Source: Heptranchias perlo
Taxonomy: Eukaryota
Assembly: GCF_035084215.1 (NCBI RefSeq)
Contig: NC_090352.1
Location: 5,642,001 to 5,706,000, forward strand
Direction of reading: 5' to 3'
Length of the DNA: 64,000 bases
How positions within the stretch are numbered: the first letter of the stretch is position 1; the number at the start of each line of letters is the position of its first letter. Under the pieces are notes generated by a model. That model did not search any database. It was given only the letters and a program-made list of their open reading frames with translations, and was not told the DNA's origin. This document shows, in pieces, positions 36,165 to 47,730 of this stretch. The translations under genes and the position numbers were made by a program.

Positions 36165-38184
36165 GGTTGGCAGGAATGTTGTTCAACCAGGGTTGTAACT
36201 TTCCGACCAAACCACCCTCAAAAGTAGTGTAGGAACTCTCAGTAAGAATAGGGAGCTTCAAAAAACACTTCCTACTCCTCCAGCAGCCAGAAGAAATAAT
36301 CCAACAACTAACCTGCAACACCTGCATGGCCCCTTTAAATAGCGCTGGCTGGGGGGGGTCCTTCAGGCACTGTAGACATGTTCAGATGGTTGGGGTTAAG
36401 ACTGTGCGTTGAGTTGAGCGTTAAAGCCCAAAATGGTTTCTATCACTTTAAATCAGCGTTGCACACTGATTGCACGCATTTTCTCCCTACTTTACATGCA
36501 TCCAATGTTCGGTATTTGCGCATGTGCTAACTCCTATACCAAGATGGCGTCCGGCGCACGTCACGCTAGAAACGTGCGTGCGCATCCAAGACGCCATCTT
36601 GGATGTCAGGGAGGCCGTGTAGCGCCAAAACAATTGGTGCTACACAGCCCAATTTAGCGCCTGTTGCGTTTTTCCTCGATTTTGGATTACATAACTTCCC
36701 TTATGGTCTTCTATAATACAGAGCACACTGCCTTACAAAACACTTTTCAATCTGTTTCCTTCAACGTGTTTAAGTCTGCCTTTGGGCACTGCTTCTTCCA
36801 TGTGTCATTAATTCCCATGTTAACTGTCACCACCTGCTCCCCTCGTGCTCTCAACACTTGCCCAAACACACTTACTTCAATATCTGTAACCTGAGGTCCC
36901 AGGAGACAAATCACTTTACTTTAACTGTGCACAAATCACATTGAATCTCTCATTACTAAAGCCTCCCTTCTCCACAGCACAGCCCCTTCCCTTGCTCCAC
37001 TAACCTGCTCAGACTTTTCCTGTTATCCGGTACCTGAAGCCTATTTCACACTCTTACTTCCTGGATTTCTCGTCTGCTCTTCTGACGTTTCTTACCATCT
37101 TTTCTGACTGTAACCCAATCCCTGCCTCCTCGGAGCCTCTTTCTCCATTATAAAAAGATAGGTGAAACAATCCAACTATCAGTTTCAAGTATCAGAGGTG
37201 ATAATGATTGTTATTTTTAGGATTCTAAAGAGACTAAAAGAAAGAAAGAATTGCATTTATATGGCATCTTTCATAACCTCAGAACATCCCAAACATAGTA
37301 TTTTGCCTTTGGGATCCATTTTATGTTTGGAACATTATAGAAAATAAAGGAACTGGACTGTGTTCGTCCCCAACATCCCCAACATGCTCTTTACGGTCCT
37401 CCTCATAATTATCTCTCCCGTTGAGTCTGATTTCAGTCATGTATCAGCAGTCTACCATCCATACTCACCAATCTCTGTGAGCACACAAACCTCATTATCT
37501 CATTCAGCAACTTGTCTAACCAGCAATGTTCACAATCAACGTGCCTGATTAGTTTTGAATTTACTCCCCTTCAAGCGCAGGCCGTGTCTACTGGTTCTAT
37601 TGTTTTGGACAAAGTGAAGTTGCTTGCCATGGTCTACCTTATCTAGTCTTCTACATTACAACAGTGACTACACTTCAAAAGTGTTTCATTGGCTGTGAAG
37701 CGCTTTGGGATGTCCTGAAGTCATGAAAGACGTGATAGAAATGCAAGTCCTTCCTTCTTTTAGTCCCTTTAAATCCTAAAAGCAGCCATCATTATCACCT
37801 CTGATACTTGAAACTGATAGTTGGACTGTTTGACCCACCTATTTACTTCATTGAGAAACCTGGACAAAGGACCATGGCTCATAACTCTGGACCCCGCCAA
37901 AGCTGAACACTGTAGGAGCAAAAATGAGACAAATGAAGAAGTAGTAATTAGATGAACCAAGCTTGGGGGTGAAAGGGCTGTAGATTGTACGAGGAAATGA
38001 GAGGTAAGGAGTTCCACAGTTTTGAAATTTTGGGAAACAAATGAGTGACAGTGGGAGAGAGTGTATTCACTCCTGAAGGTTCAGGGAGGAGGGAGAGTTT
38101 GCAGGATGGTGTGTTTGTGAAAGTATTCAGCCCTGTCACAAAAAAATATTCTCCAGTTTTAAACGGGTGGGATCTACTTTATAT

Positions 38185-38424
38185 AAAATAAAAATGCTGG
38201 TAAACACTCATCAGGTCAGGCAACATTTCTGGAGAGAGAAACAAAGTTAAAGTTAAAGGTCGATGGCCTTCCAAAAGAAAAATTAAAGTTTTGTTCTGAT
38301 GAAAGGTTATCGACCTGAAACGTTAACTCTGTTTCTCTCTCCATAGATGCTGCCTGACCTGCTGAGTGCTCCTGGCATTATCTGTTTTTATTTCAGATTT
38401 TCAACATCCATAGTGGTTTGCTTT
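38185..38424. mobile_element. Fold-back (inverted pLTR) PLE-derived repeat
   Basis: 38185-38270 is an imperfect reverse complement of 38300-38390; flanked by degenerate direct repeats TGGGATCTACTTTATAT / TGGGATCCATTTTATGT. Confidence 0.7.
38293..38327 (+). ncRNA. Minimal hammerhead ribozyme motif (second PLE family)
   Basis: GTT-CTGATGA-A-AGGT tatcg ACCT-GAAA-CG-TT-AAC; palindromic AACGTT stem III. Confidence 0.75.
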
Positions 38425-38714
38425 TGGGATCCATTTTATGTTTGGAACATTATAAAAAATAAAGGAACTGGACAGTGTTAGTCCCCAAACTACCAGCAGT
38501 ATTGTCCTGTGCTCCCTTCGAGCGCTGCTCGAAGGGACAATACTGTAGTGCCAGTGCACACTACTTGTGGGCGTGGTCCTCAGTGAAAGTTCCCCTTAGT
38601 AGGCGCAGAGGATGCAGTTAGGCTGTGTCATTCACAGCTGTCCACAGCACCAGGAACCACAAGAGCTTCACATGTGCCTGACTGATGCACCGTTCAGGAT
38701 ATGGGACTGCATTA

Positions 38715-39633
38715 GGAAAATTGCCCAGGTATGTCCTGTCCACAAAAAGCAGGACAAATCCAATTACTGCCCTATCATTCTACTCTCAATCATCAGCAAA
38801 ATGATGGACGGTGTCGTCGACAGTGCTATCAAGCGGCACTTACTCACCAATAACCTGCTCACCGATGCTCAGTTTGGGTTCCGCCAGGACCACTCGGCTC
38901 CAGACCTCATTACAGCCTTGGTCCAAACATGGACAAAAGAGCTGAATTCCAGAGGTGAGGTGAGAGTGACTGCCCTTGACATCAAGGCAGCATTTGACCG
39001 AGTGTGGCACCAAGGAGCCCTAGTAAAATTGAAGTCAATGGGAATCAGGGGGAAAGCTCTCCAGTAGCTGGAGTCATAACTAGCACAAAGGAAGATGGTA
39101 GTGGTTGTTGGAGGCCAATCATCTCAGCCCCAGGACATTGCTGCAGGAGTTCCTCAGGGCAGTGTCCTAGGCCCAACCATCTTCAGCTGCTTCATCAATG
39201 ACCTTCCCTCCATCATAAGGTCAGAAATGGGGATGTTCGCTGATGATTGCACAGTGTTCAGTTCCATTCACAACCCCTCAGATAATGAAGCAGTCCGTGC
39301 CCGCATGCAGCAAGACCTGGACAACATCCAGGCTTGGGCTGATAAGTGGCAAGTAACATTCGCGCCAGATAAGTGCCAGGCAATGACCATCTCCAAAAAG
39401 AGAGAGTCTAACCACCTCTCCTTGACATTCAACGGCATTACCATCGCCGAATCCCCCACCATCAACATCCTGGGGGTCACCATTGACCAGAAATTTAACT
39501 GGACCAGCCATATAAATACTGTGGCTACAAGAGCAGGTCAGAGGCTGGGTATTCTGCGGCAAGTGACTCACCTCCTGACTCCCCAAAGCCTTTCCGCCAT
39601 CTACAAGGCACAAGTCAGGAGCGTGATGGAATA
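38715..39633 (+). mobile_element. Internal RT fragment of family B non-LTR element
   Basis: PVHKK, QFGFR, LDIKAAFDRVWH, FADD; highly similar to 25970-26665; lacks the 3' tail. Confidence 0.9.
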
Positions 39634-41811
39634 GCCTTAATGGGTTGGGTAGGAACGTTCTAGTTGCTCCTTTCCCCCTCCCCACCCACCCCCCCCCCCC
39701 AACAGTGGGAATAGCTGCTGGTGCTTCTAATTGCTATTGGAGGCAGCGCTACCGCGGCCAGTGTTGGCAAAGGGCGTCTCCGTGTGGTGCACGCCACCTC
39801 TGGGTGACACCAGTGCCACCTCGTCAACATTGCCATTTTGCCGCCAAGCTCAATCCTATTATCAGTGGCAAACTGGCTTGTTTACTGATACCCTACACCC
39901 CACCCAAAATTCTAATTCTTTCACAACATCTGCTCACATGTGCATGTACTCCATCAGCCAGGATGGTGGGATGGACCCATTTTGGTTACACTTCTGCCAA
40001 TTAACCTTTTTGAGAGCTGAAATCCGCTTTGAACGTCGAAGAGTTACAGGACTGAATTTGCCCTCACTGACTGTTCAGGAGGTGAAAATTCTGGCTGCAG
40101 TCACATACAGTTTGTTTCCTCTTGTCGTACCAAACTGTCAGCTTGGGTTTCACCTCAGGCACAGGATCGATTGTCAGTTCTGCTGGTTAGTAATAAATAC
40201 AGTAAGTCTTTTATATTTCCTGTTTTTCTTTAACTTTACTTTTTTTGTTGTTGTGAGTTTTGTGCTCATCAGGAGGAATGACATCAGTGCCGGGGAATGG
40301 ATCACATTTTCCATTTTGAACATCCAGTCTCAGCACCAAACACTCCCAAATCGAGCGCAGCTAAATTCAGAGTAAGTCTCCTTCTACTCTGCCCCGACAA
40401 TGGCCCAAATCTTGCTGGAAAAATAACGTCATGTGAACAATGCACACCGTTATTAATGCGCAAATCAGCCAGCAAATTCAGGGGATTAAGAGATATGTCG
40501 TGAGTTGTGAATTGCCATAAATCGCTGGACGATTTACGCCGCTCCGCCATTTGCCTCACAGAAACAGCAGCTCGCCCTCAACCTCCCCGTTATTTTTAAA
40601 GAACTTGCTGAATTTGCACATTAAACTTGCCGCAGAAAGTTACAGCCCGTACTTAACAGCGTAAGTACCTTTTTAATGATGTGATAATTGTTAATGCGGT
40701 GCCAGTCAATTGCTCCAGCCCAGAAAGGGAACAATTTAAACTGTTCAATCTCATTCCTGATCGTAGAATGGGTTAAAGACAAAGATGTTATCATGAGCTT
40801 GATTTTGACACAGTGAGGATACAGGGAGGAGGGAGGCATTTCACGATCCCATGAAATGTGACACCAACTTAGCAAACCAGAGCTGATTTTTTTTCCTCTC
40901 CAAGTTAATGTTATTTTGGAAAGCGCTTTCGAATTATTGAAAAAGGAAATCACTTGGGGACACTGCAGCTTTAACATGGAAAGAGCTGAATTAATGAGGA
41001 GTAGTAACAGGAGGGCTCTCAGCTTGCTGAATGCTGTTTTTACACTGATAGCAGTATGCAATTTGGGTTATGATAGCATGTTGTTACGCTTCAGGAAGAA
41101 ACAGTGGTTTTGAAAGGATGGGAGCAACTTGTCTCTCTATTTATAATGCAAAGCAACAGAGTAAATGTAGCTGAATTGGTGAGTCATTTTCTCTTTGTGA
41201 AAGGAGTCAAATTGTCCTCCCACCAAATGTGTCACAGTCTCAGATGATAGGTTATACATGAGTGGAGAGGACTATGGAGTAAAGGAAGTCTAGTTCAAAC
41301 AGATGCTCACTACAGTGTATTGTGATGGATCCAAACAATCATTGCTTTCAATAAATTGATATGCTATGACCTTATTCAGTTCCTTTCTTGTGTAGGCTTA
41401 ACTAAAGCAACATTCTATCACCGTTTTGCAATGTGACAGAGCCAAGAGATTGAATGTAGCGTGAATTAGGCGATACATACAAGTGACGATATTTATCACG
41501 AGGATAACTCCAACACAACACCCACAGAAAAGAAAGCAACACCCCCTTCACATCAGCCCAAGGGCGGAAAAAAAAGAGAAACAAAATAAGGATAATGCCT
41601 GTGAAGTTATCAGAAACCCCCCACCTGTGTCTCAAGTGAAGCTTCCACTCTCGGGGCTTGGGTGTTCCTGGGGAGCCTGTTAATGACTCGTTTACATTTA
41701 GTCAACCATATTTTTGATTGGTTAACTTAAAAAATAAGTGCTCATTTCAGCCAATCATGCTTTACCCATGTGACACACGCCAAATGTAATGTCCTTGACA
41801 CCTTTGAGGTA

Positions 41812-42765
41812 GGACTTAAATATAGGGGGCATGATTAAGAAATTTGCGGATGACACAAAGATAGGCCGTGTGGTTGATAGTGAGGAGGAAAGCTGTAGAC
41901 TACAGGAAGATATCAATGAGCTGGTCAGGTGGGCAGAAAAGTGGCAAATGGAGTTCAATCCGGAGAAGTGTGAGGTAATGCATTTAGGGAGAGCAAACAA
42001 GGCAAGGGAATACACAATAAATGGGAGGATACTGAGAGGTGCAGAGGAAGTGAGGGACCTTGGAGTGCATGTCCACAGATCCCTGAAGGTAGCAGGACAG
42101 GTAGATAAGGTGGTTAAGAAGGCATATGGAATGCTTTCCTTTATTAGCCGAGGCATAGAATATAAAAGCAGGGATGTTATGCTGGAACTGTATAAAACAC
42201 TAGTTAGGCCACAGCTGGAGTACTGAGTAAAGTTCTGGTCACCACATTACAGGAGGGATGTAATTGCACTAGAGAGAGTACAGAGGAGGTTTACGAGGAT
42301 GTTGCCAGACTGGAGAATTTTAGCTATGATGACAGATTGGATAGGCTGGGGTTGTTTTCCTTGAAACAGAGGAGGCTGAGGGGTGATTTGATTGCGGTGT
42401 ACAAAATTATGAGGGGCCTAGGTGGAGTGGATAGGAAGGACCTATTTTCCGTAGTGGAGGGGTCAATAACCAGGGGGCATAGATTTAAAATAATTGGTAG
42501 AAGGATTAGAGCGGAAATGTGGAAAGAAATTTTCACCCAGAGGGTGGGGGTCTGGAACTTACTGCCTGAGGGTGGTAGAGGCAGAAACCCTCAGCTCATT
42601 TAAAAAACACCTGGATGTGCACCTGAAGAGCCGTGACCTGCAGGGCTATGGACCAAATGCGGGAAAGTGGGATTAGGCTGGGTGGCTCGTTTCTCAGCCG
42701 CATGGACACGATGGGCCGAAGGGCCTCCTTCTGGGCCATAAATTTTCTATGAGTCTATGATTCTA
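41812..42765 (+). mobile_element. 5'-truncated CR1 LINE
   Basis: KFADDTKIG...LVRPQLEY...FTQRV; tail TTCTATGAGTCTATGATTCTA. Confidence 0.93.
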
Positions 42766-43404
42766 ACACAGTAGATAGACATTGATAAATGTCTTCTGAT
42801 CCTACCATCCTGGCCTATTTGAAGGAATATTATTGTATAATTTGAAATAATATCCTGATATGTGCCTTCTCATTCATGGCAATCCAATTTTAAATTGTTT
42901 CACATACCCACTAAATCCTTCGTTGCACATTGTGATTACTAAGCAGCTCCCAGTGGGGCACTGAGGTCTAACTGATGTGAATCACTTATTTTTTGGAATT
43001 TGCCATCAAGGTGTTAAAGCCTATTGGACTTTGAGGCTTTGTGCTATAATTTTCAGTACCTGTGGTGTAAATGTCCAGTGAATTCATCATAGATTTTAAC
43101 ATTGTGCATTGAATGATGTAACAACCTAACAGTGACATTCAGAATATAATCTAAATTGAAAACATTATAAAGATTCTGAGTAGGAGCAATTTGTCTAGAC
43201 CTTTTATCATCTGAAGATGTTGAAGATAGCTGCATATTTCTGATGGGTCATTTGAACGCTGAATTGTAATTCATTTCAAATAGTTGAGAGAAATGGCTAG
43301 TTGAATGTTCTAGTATAGATTTTGTGTGGAAGGAAGTTTTGACTTGTATATTCATTGTCTGAATTTCTCAGGTATGTTGGGGTGAATATTTGTTTCTTAA
43401 TATT

Positions 43405-43850
43405 GGTTCAGTTGTTAACTCTCTCACCTCTGAGTCAAAAGGTCATGGATTCAGACCTCTCTTCACAACATGAGCACAACTCGGCTGACACTTCAGTGCA
43501 GTTCTGAGGGAGCGCTGCACTGTCGGAGGTGCCGTCTTACAGATGAGATGCTAAGCCGAGACCCCACCTGCCTGTTCAGGTTGATATAAAAGATCACATG
43601 GGCACTACTCGAAGAAAAGCAGAGAATTCTCCTGATGTCCTAGCCAACATTCATCCCTTGATCAACACCAACATAGATCAGCTGATCATTCATTCACTGC
43701 TTGTGGGACCTTGCTGTGCATAACTTGGCTGCCACATTTGCCTACATAACAACAGTGACTACACTTCAAAAGTAATTAATTGGTTGTCAGTTTCTTCTGG
43801 GTGTCCTGAGGACATGAGAAGTGCCATATGACTGCAACTACTTGCTTTCT
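43405..43850 (+). mobile_element. Full-length Deu-domain tRNA-SINE (SacSINE1/AmnSINE-related)
   Basis: tRNA-like head (GGTTCAGTTG...GGATTCAGAC), Deu core GTCTTACAGATGAGATGCTAAGCCGAG...TGTCCTAGCCAAC, L2-like tail. Confidence 0.8.
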
Positions 43851-44649
43851 TACTACAGTTTTGAGGAGAAAATGAATTGGTATTGAGCAGGATACAGACA
43901 ACTGATGAGGATGGAGTAGCAACAAAGGATCAGGGGACATTGCGCCTTATGCTTAAAATAATATCACACGCACAGATTTGAGGCAGTGACTGAGAAAAAG
44001 AGATAAAAGGGAAGGTTTCACGAGTATGCGATCCCGTGCGAAGCTTTCTTTGCCAAGAATGGACTTTGGGAATTCAGGTATGGAAGTCAAAGAACCTGTA
44101 GGATTTGGTGTCATTTTCATGGTTGGAAAATCTGGCAGAGCCTCCTTGGGTTTAAACTTCCAGTATTGGCATCCTATACACGAAGTTCTGCGCTCAGAGT
44201 GTGAATTGGTAAAATCGAGATGGACAGTCTTACTCCACCATGACGTTGTGTTCTAATGCTCTAATGCCCGAAACCAACCCTCAGCCCCTTACTGTCTCCG
44301 CTTTTAATACTGGAAGTGATTGCTACAGTCTTGAAAGGGTTAAATAAATCTGGTAAACTCTTGATTAAACTGTTTTTGTTTAACTTGCTCTATCCTTCAG
44401 AGAATTCTGCATCAATTTGGGGTTCTATTCATTGCTTCGAGATGGAAAGAGCAGTGTGATTTGAAATATATGCTTGTAGTATCAAGGGTACATTTTTTCA
44501 TACATGTATAATTTTATTCCAGTAAAAGCTCTCAAAACACTAAAAGAATAGAATAATTCAGAATACGTATAGTAAGCTATTGATTTATCCCCCCTCTTTA
44601 TTTTATTCATTTGCAGCACAGAACAGACCCAGTCCAAGTTCTTGAGGTG

Positions 44650-45042
44650 AAATAATGGCAGAATAAGCATGAGGTCAAATCCCTCCATGGCCTTACCTCC
44701 TTATTCTGTAACCTCCTTCAGCTCTACAACCCTCTGAGAACACTGCCATCCTCCAATTTTAGCCTCTTGTCCATCCCCCACCCTTGACAGCTGTGCCTTC
44801 AGCCGTCTAGGCCCTAAGCTCTGGAATTCCCTCCCCAAACCTCTCTCTCTCTCTCTCTCCGCCTCTCTCTCCTTCTTTAAGATGCTGCTTAAAACCTACC
44901 TATTTGATCAAACATTTGGTCACCTGTCCTAATGTCTCCTTCTTTGGCTCGGTGTCAATTTTTGTCTGATGACGCTCCTGTGAAGCGCCTTGGGACGTTT
45001 TACTACATTAAAGGCGCTATATAAATGCAAGTTGTTGTTGTT
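44650..45042 (+). mobile_element. L2 LINE 3' end
   Basis: AFSRLGPKLWNSLP...FKMLLKTYLF; tail GTGAAGCGCCTTGGGAC...GGCGCTATATAAATGCAAG(TTG)n. Confidence 0.88.
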
Positions 45043-45129
45043 GGGATGAACCCAGGTAATGTCAGAATTTCTGCTTTATGCATAACTTTGAATTTGTAGA
45101 CGTTCTTTAAGACGTGGAGAACTGAACAT

Positions 45130-45405
45130 TCATTTCTCCTCCAATCCCTATGCTCCCCTCCCCATCTCTACTGAAATGCTGACCATGCTGGGCTATGGTT
45201 ACACGGAAAGTCCCTCAAACTAATGGCCATTCTTCATGTGTGGGCTTAGACAGCAGGCTATTCTCCATGGGGGGATCACAGACAAGCCCGATCCTGTCTA
45301 CATCCAATGTGCGCACAAATTTCCAGCAGGAGTCAATGGACAGTAATCAGGAGCAGGGACTCTGGCTGATTTTTCCCTTCCCAGTTGCCAGTAGTGCAGT
45401 TGACT
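45130..45405 (-). mobile_element. Unclassified old SINE-like repeat
   Basis: Reverse complement matches segments at about 9950-10055 and 47030-47140 (CACACATGAAGAATGG...CCCAGCA). Confidence 0.55.
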
Positions 45406-45589
45406 AGCTCTGTTCCTTATATCTATACCTATTACCATCTGTTTAAAGTGGGAGTCCTGCCTTTTAAAAAAAAGTCACCAAGAGTTAGGATTCTTTTAAA
45501 TATTTTTTTAATCTAATTCTGTTGATATTTTTCTTCCAACACTTATCACTTTTGAATATAAAAATGTATAGAATGAGCAGAAGCTGCTT

Positions 45590-46155
45590 AACCTGTCAAC
45601 CACTCTCCAAAGTCTCTCCACCACTTACAAGGCACAATCAGGAGTGTGATGGAATACTCTCCACTTGCCTAGATGGTGCACTGCAATAACACTCAAGATG
45701 CTCGATACCATCTAGGACAAAGGGGTGCACTTGATCTGCACCCCATCCACCAGCTTAAGCATCCATTCCCTCCACCACCGGCTGCAGTGTGTACTATCTA
45801 CAGGATGCACTGCAGCAACTCGCCAAGGTTTCTTTGACAGTACCCCCCAAACCCACAAACTCTACCACCTAGAAGGAGAAGGGCGGCAGGTGCATGGGCA
45901 CACCATCACCTCCAAGTTCCCCTCCAAGTGACACATCATCACAACATGGAAGTATATCGCTGTTCCTTCATTGTTGCTGGGTCAAAATCTTGAAACTCGC
46001 TACCTACCAACATTGTGGGAGAATTTTCACCACACGGACTGCAGCGGTTCAAGAAGAAGGCCCACCACCACCTTCTCAAGGGCAACTAGGGATGGGCAAT
46101 AAATGATGGCCATGCCAACGACGCCCACATCCCGAGAATGAATGATAAAAAAAAA
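45590..46155 (+). mobile_element. Family B non-LTR 3' fragment
   Basis: Homologous to 26600-27152, including the GGGCAATAAATG...CCCACATCCC(A)n tail. Confidence 0.88.
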
Positions 46156-46244
46156 GAACCACAGAAGACACTTTACGGTGTACCTTATTGTGTATTTTAC
46201 CTCCCTCTAATCTCCTGAGGAACATTCATCTATGGTATTCTGTG

Positions 46245-46570
46245 TAGCGGTTTTGAAACAATTGAGTGGCTTTTTAGGTCACTTCAGAGGGCAGTTAAGT
46301 GTCAACCACATTGGTGTGGGACTGGAGTTACATGTAGGCCCAGACCGGGTAAGGACGGCAGGTTTCCTTCCCTAAAGGACATTAGTGAACCAGTTGGGTT
46401 TTTAACAACAATCTGACAGCTTCATGGTCACGTTTACTGATACCAGCTTTGTATTTGCAGATTTTTAAAACTGAATTCAAATTCTCACGGTGGGATTTCA
46501 ACTCTTGCTCCTATTAGTCCAGGCCTCTAGATAAATAGTTCAGCATCATAAGTACTACAGTGCCGCACCC
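46245..46570 (-). mobile_element. tRNA-derived SINE of a separate family
   Basis: Minus strand: A-box-like GCACTGTAG and B-box GAGTTGAAATCCC, followed by a body GGTTCACTAATGTCCTTTAGGGAAGGAAACCTGCC recognisable from fish SINEs. Confidence 0.6.
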
Positions 46571-47546
46571 CTCTACTTGCTGCCCACAGAGACAGAGGTT
46601 TGGATAATCCTGACTTAGACAATATTGCTTAATGCAGCGCAGCAGCTAATTGTCAGAAAAGGAAAGGATTTGTTTGTGTAAGGTGCATTTGGGGGAGAGT
46701 GACTACAGTAGTCAGTAAACTGATTCTTTCCTGGTTTTCCGAAGCTGTTTTCTCTGGGATACAGAATTAATATTCGTGAATCCATTTCTCAGCAAGGCTG
46801 TAAACAGAACGTTTCTTGTAATTCATTGAACAGAACTGCCTGATTCTCCGGACAGCTTATTTCTGTCTTGACACTTTAAAGGATGGATGGTTTTATTGAT
46901 TGCAAGCTCACTGTCTCTGTTAAATCAAGGCAGAGAAATTAGAAAACAATCGAGGGATTTTTTTAAAAAATAAGAAAAAAAAAGAGACACAAGGAAATAA
47001 AGATGTGAAGGATAACCTGCTGGCTCTCGCTGCCAAGGCTCACACATGAAGAATGGGCAGTCAGGAGATGTCAGGGTATGCCAGTGCCTGTGGAACTGTA
47101 TCCCAGCAAGAGGCAGAACCTTCAGGGAGGAAGAGTAGGAAACCAGGAGAAGCAAAAAAATTGGTTATGGCTGAAGATTGAAGAGAAGGCAAAAACATCT
47201 ATGAAACCTTTCACAAATTGCAGACCTGAGCTAAATCTGTTTTTCTTTCTGTTTTTTTTATCCTTCTGGTTCTTTCCTGACTTGGCCCACTTTGTCCCAC
47301 ATGGGACCATATTTTCTTCTCGGCCAAGCATGAAGTGAATTAGGCGAGCATCTTGGAGACTCCCAACACGCCAGTTGGTGCTGAGCAGCCTGCGAAGCAA
47401 GAAAGCTGGCAAGGTAAGAAAAGGGATGAGAAAAGACTATTTGGCCAATCAAAGCTCATTTCTCTGGTACTGTTAAAGGTGATTTCACAACACAGCCGTA
47501 GCGTTGGTGCAAAGTGGTTTGATTTCACGCTGATGTTGTTGCCATA

Positions 47547-47730
47547 GGGATAGATGTTGGTCTTCAGCACCTGGGCAGTAATCTGCCAGAGCGGATCACC
47601 CGACCTTTATAGAACCTGCCTGATTTTTATAGCATTTAAATCAATGGAATGAAGATCAGGCGGGTTCTATAAAAGTCGGCCAATCTGCCTCGCCAGAAAA
47701 CCCCCCACGCGGTGAAGACCAAAATAGCCC
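47547..47730. mobile_element. Palindromic MITE related to 32922-33069
   Basis: GGGATAGATGTTGGTCTTCA...TGAAGACCAAAATAGCCC; internal TATAGAACCTGCCTGAT/ATCAGGCGGGTTCTATA. Confidence 0.75.

Larger units (their letters stand above)
33128..36662. mobile_element. PIF/Harbinger DNA transposon, inactivated two-gene copy
   Basis: Convergent Myb/SANT gene (+) and transposase (-); imperfect G-rich termini; probable TSD GTT at 33125-33127 and 36663-36665. Confidence 0.9.

Noticed and set aside
39731-40375. 214-aa ORF and exon-like 40273-40371
   Set aside because: No recognisable domain; it crosses low-complexity and repeat-like sequence and has no phase-compatible partner exons
43405-43480. tRNA genes at SINE heads (also 23125, 49000, 54800)
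   Set aside because: Only degenerate A/B boxes are present, with no cloverleaf, and each continues into a SINE body
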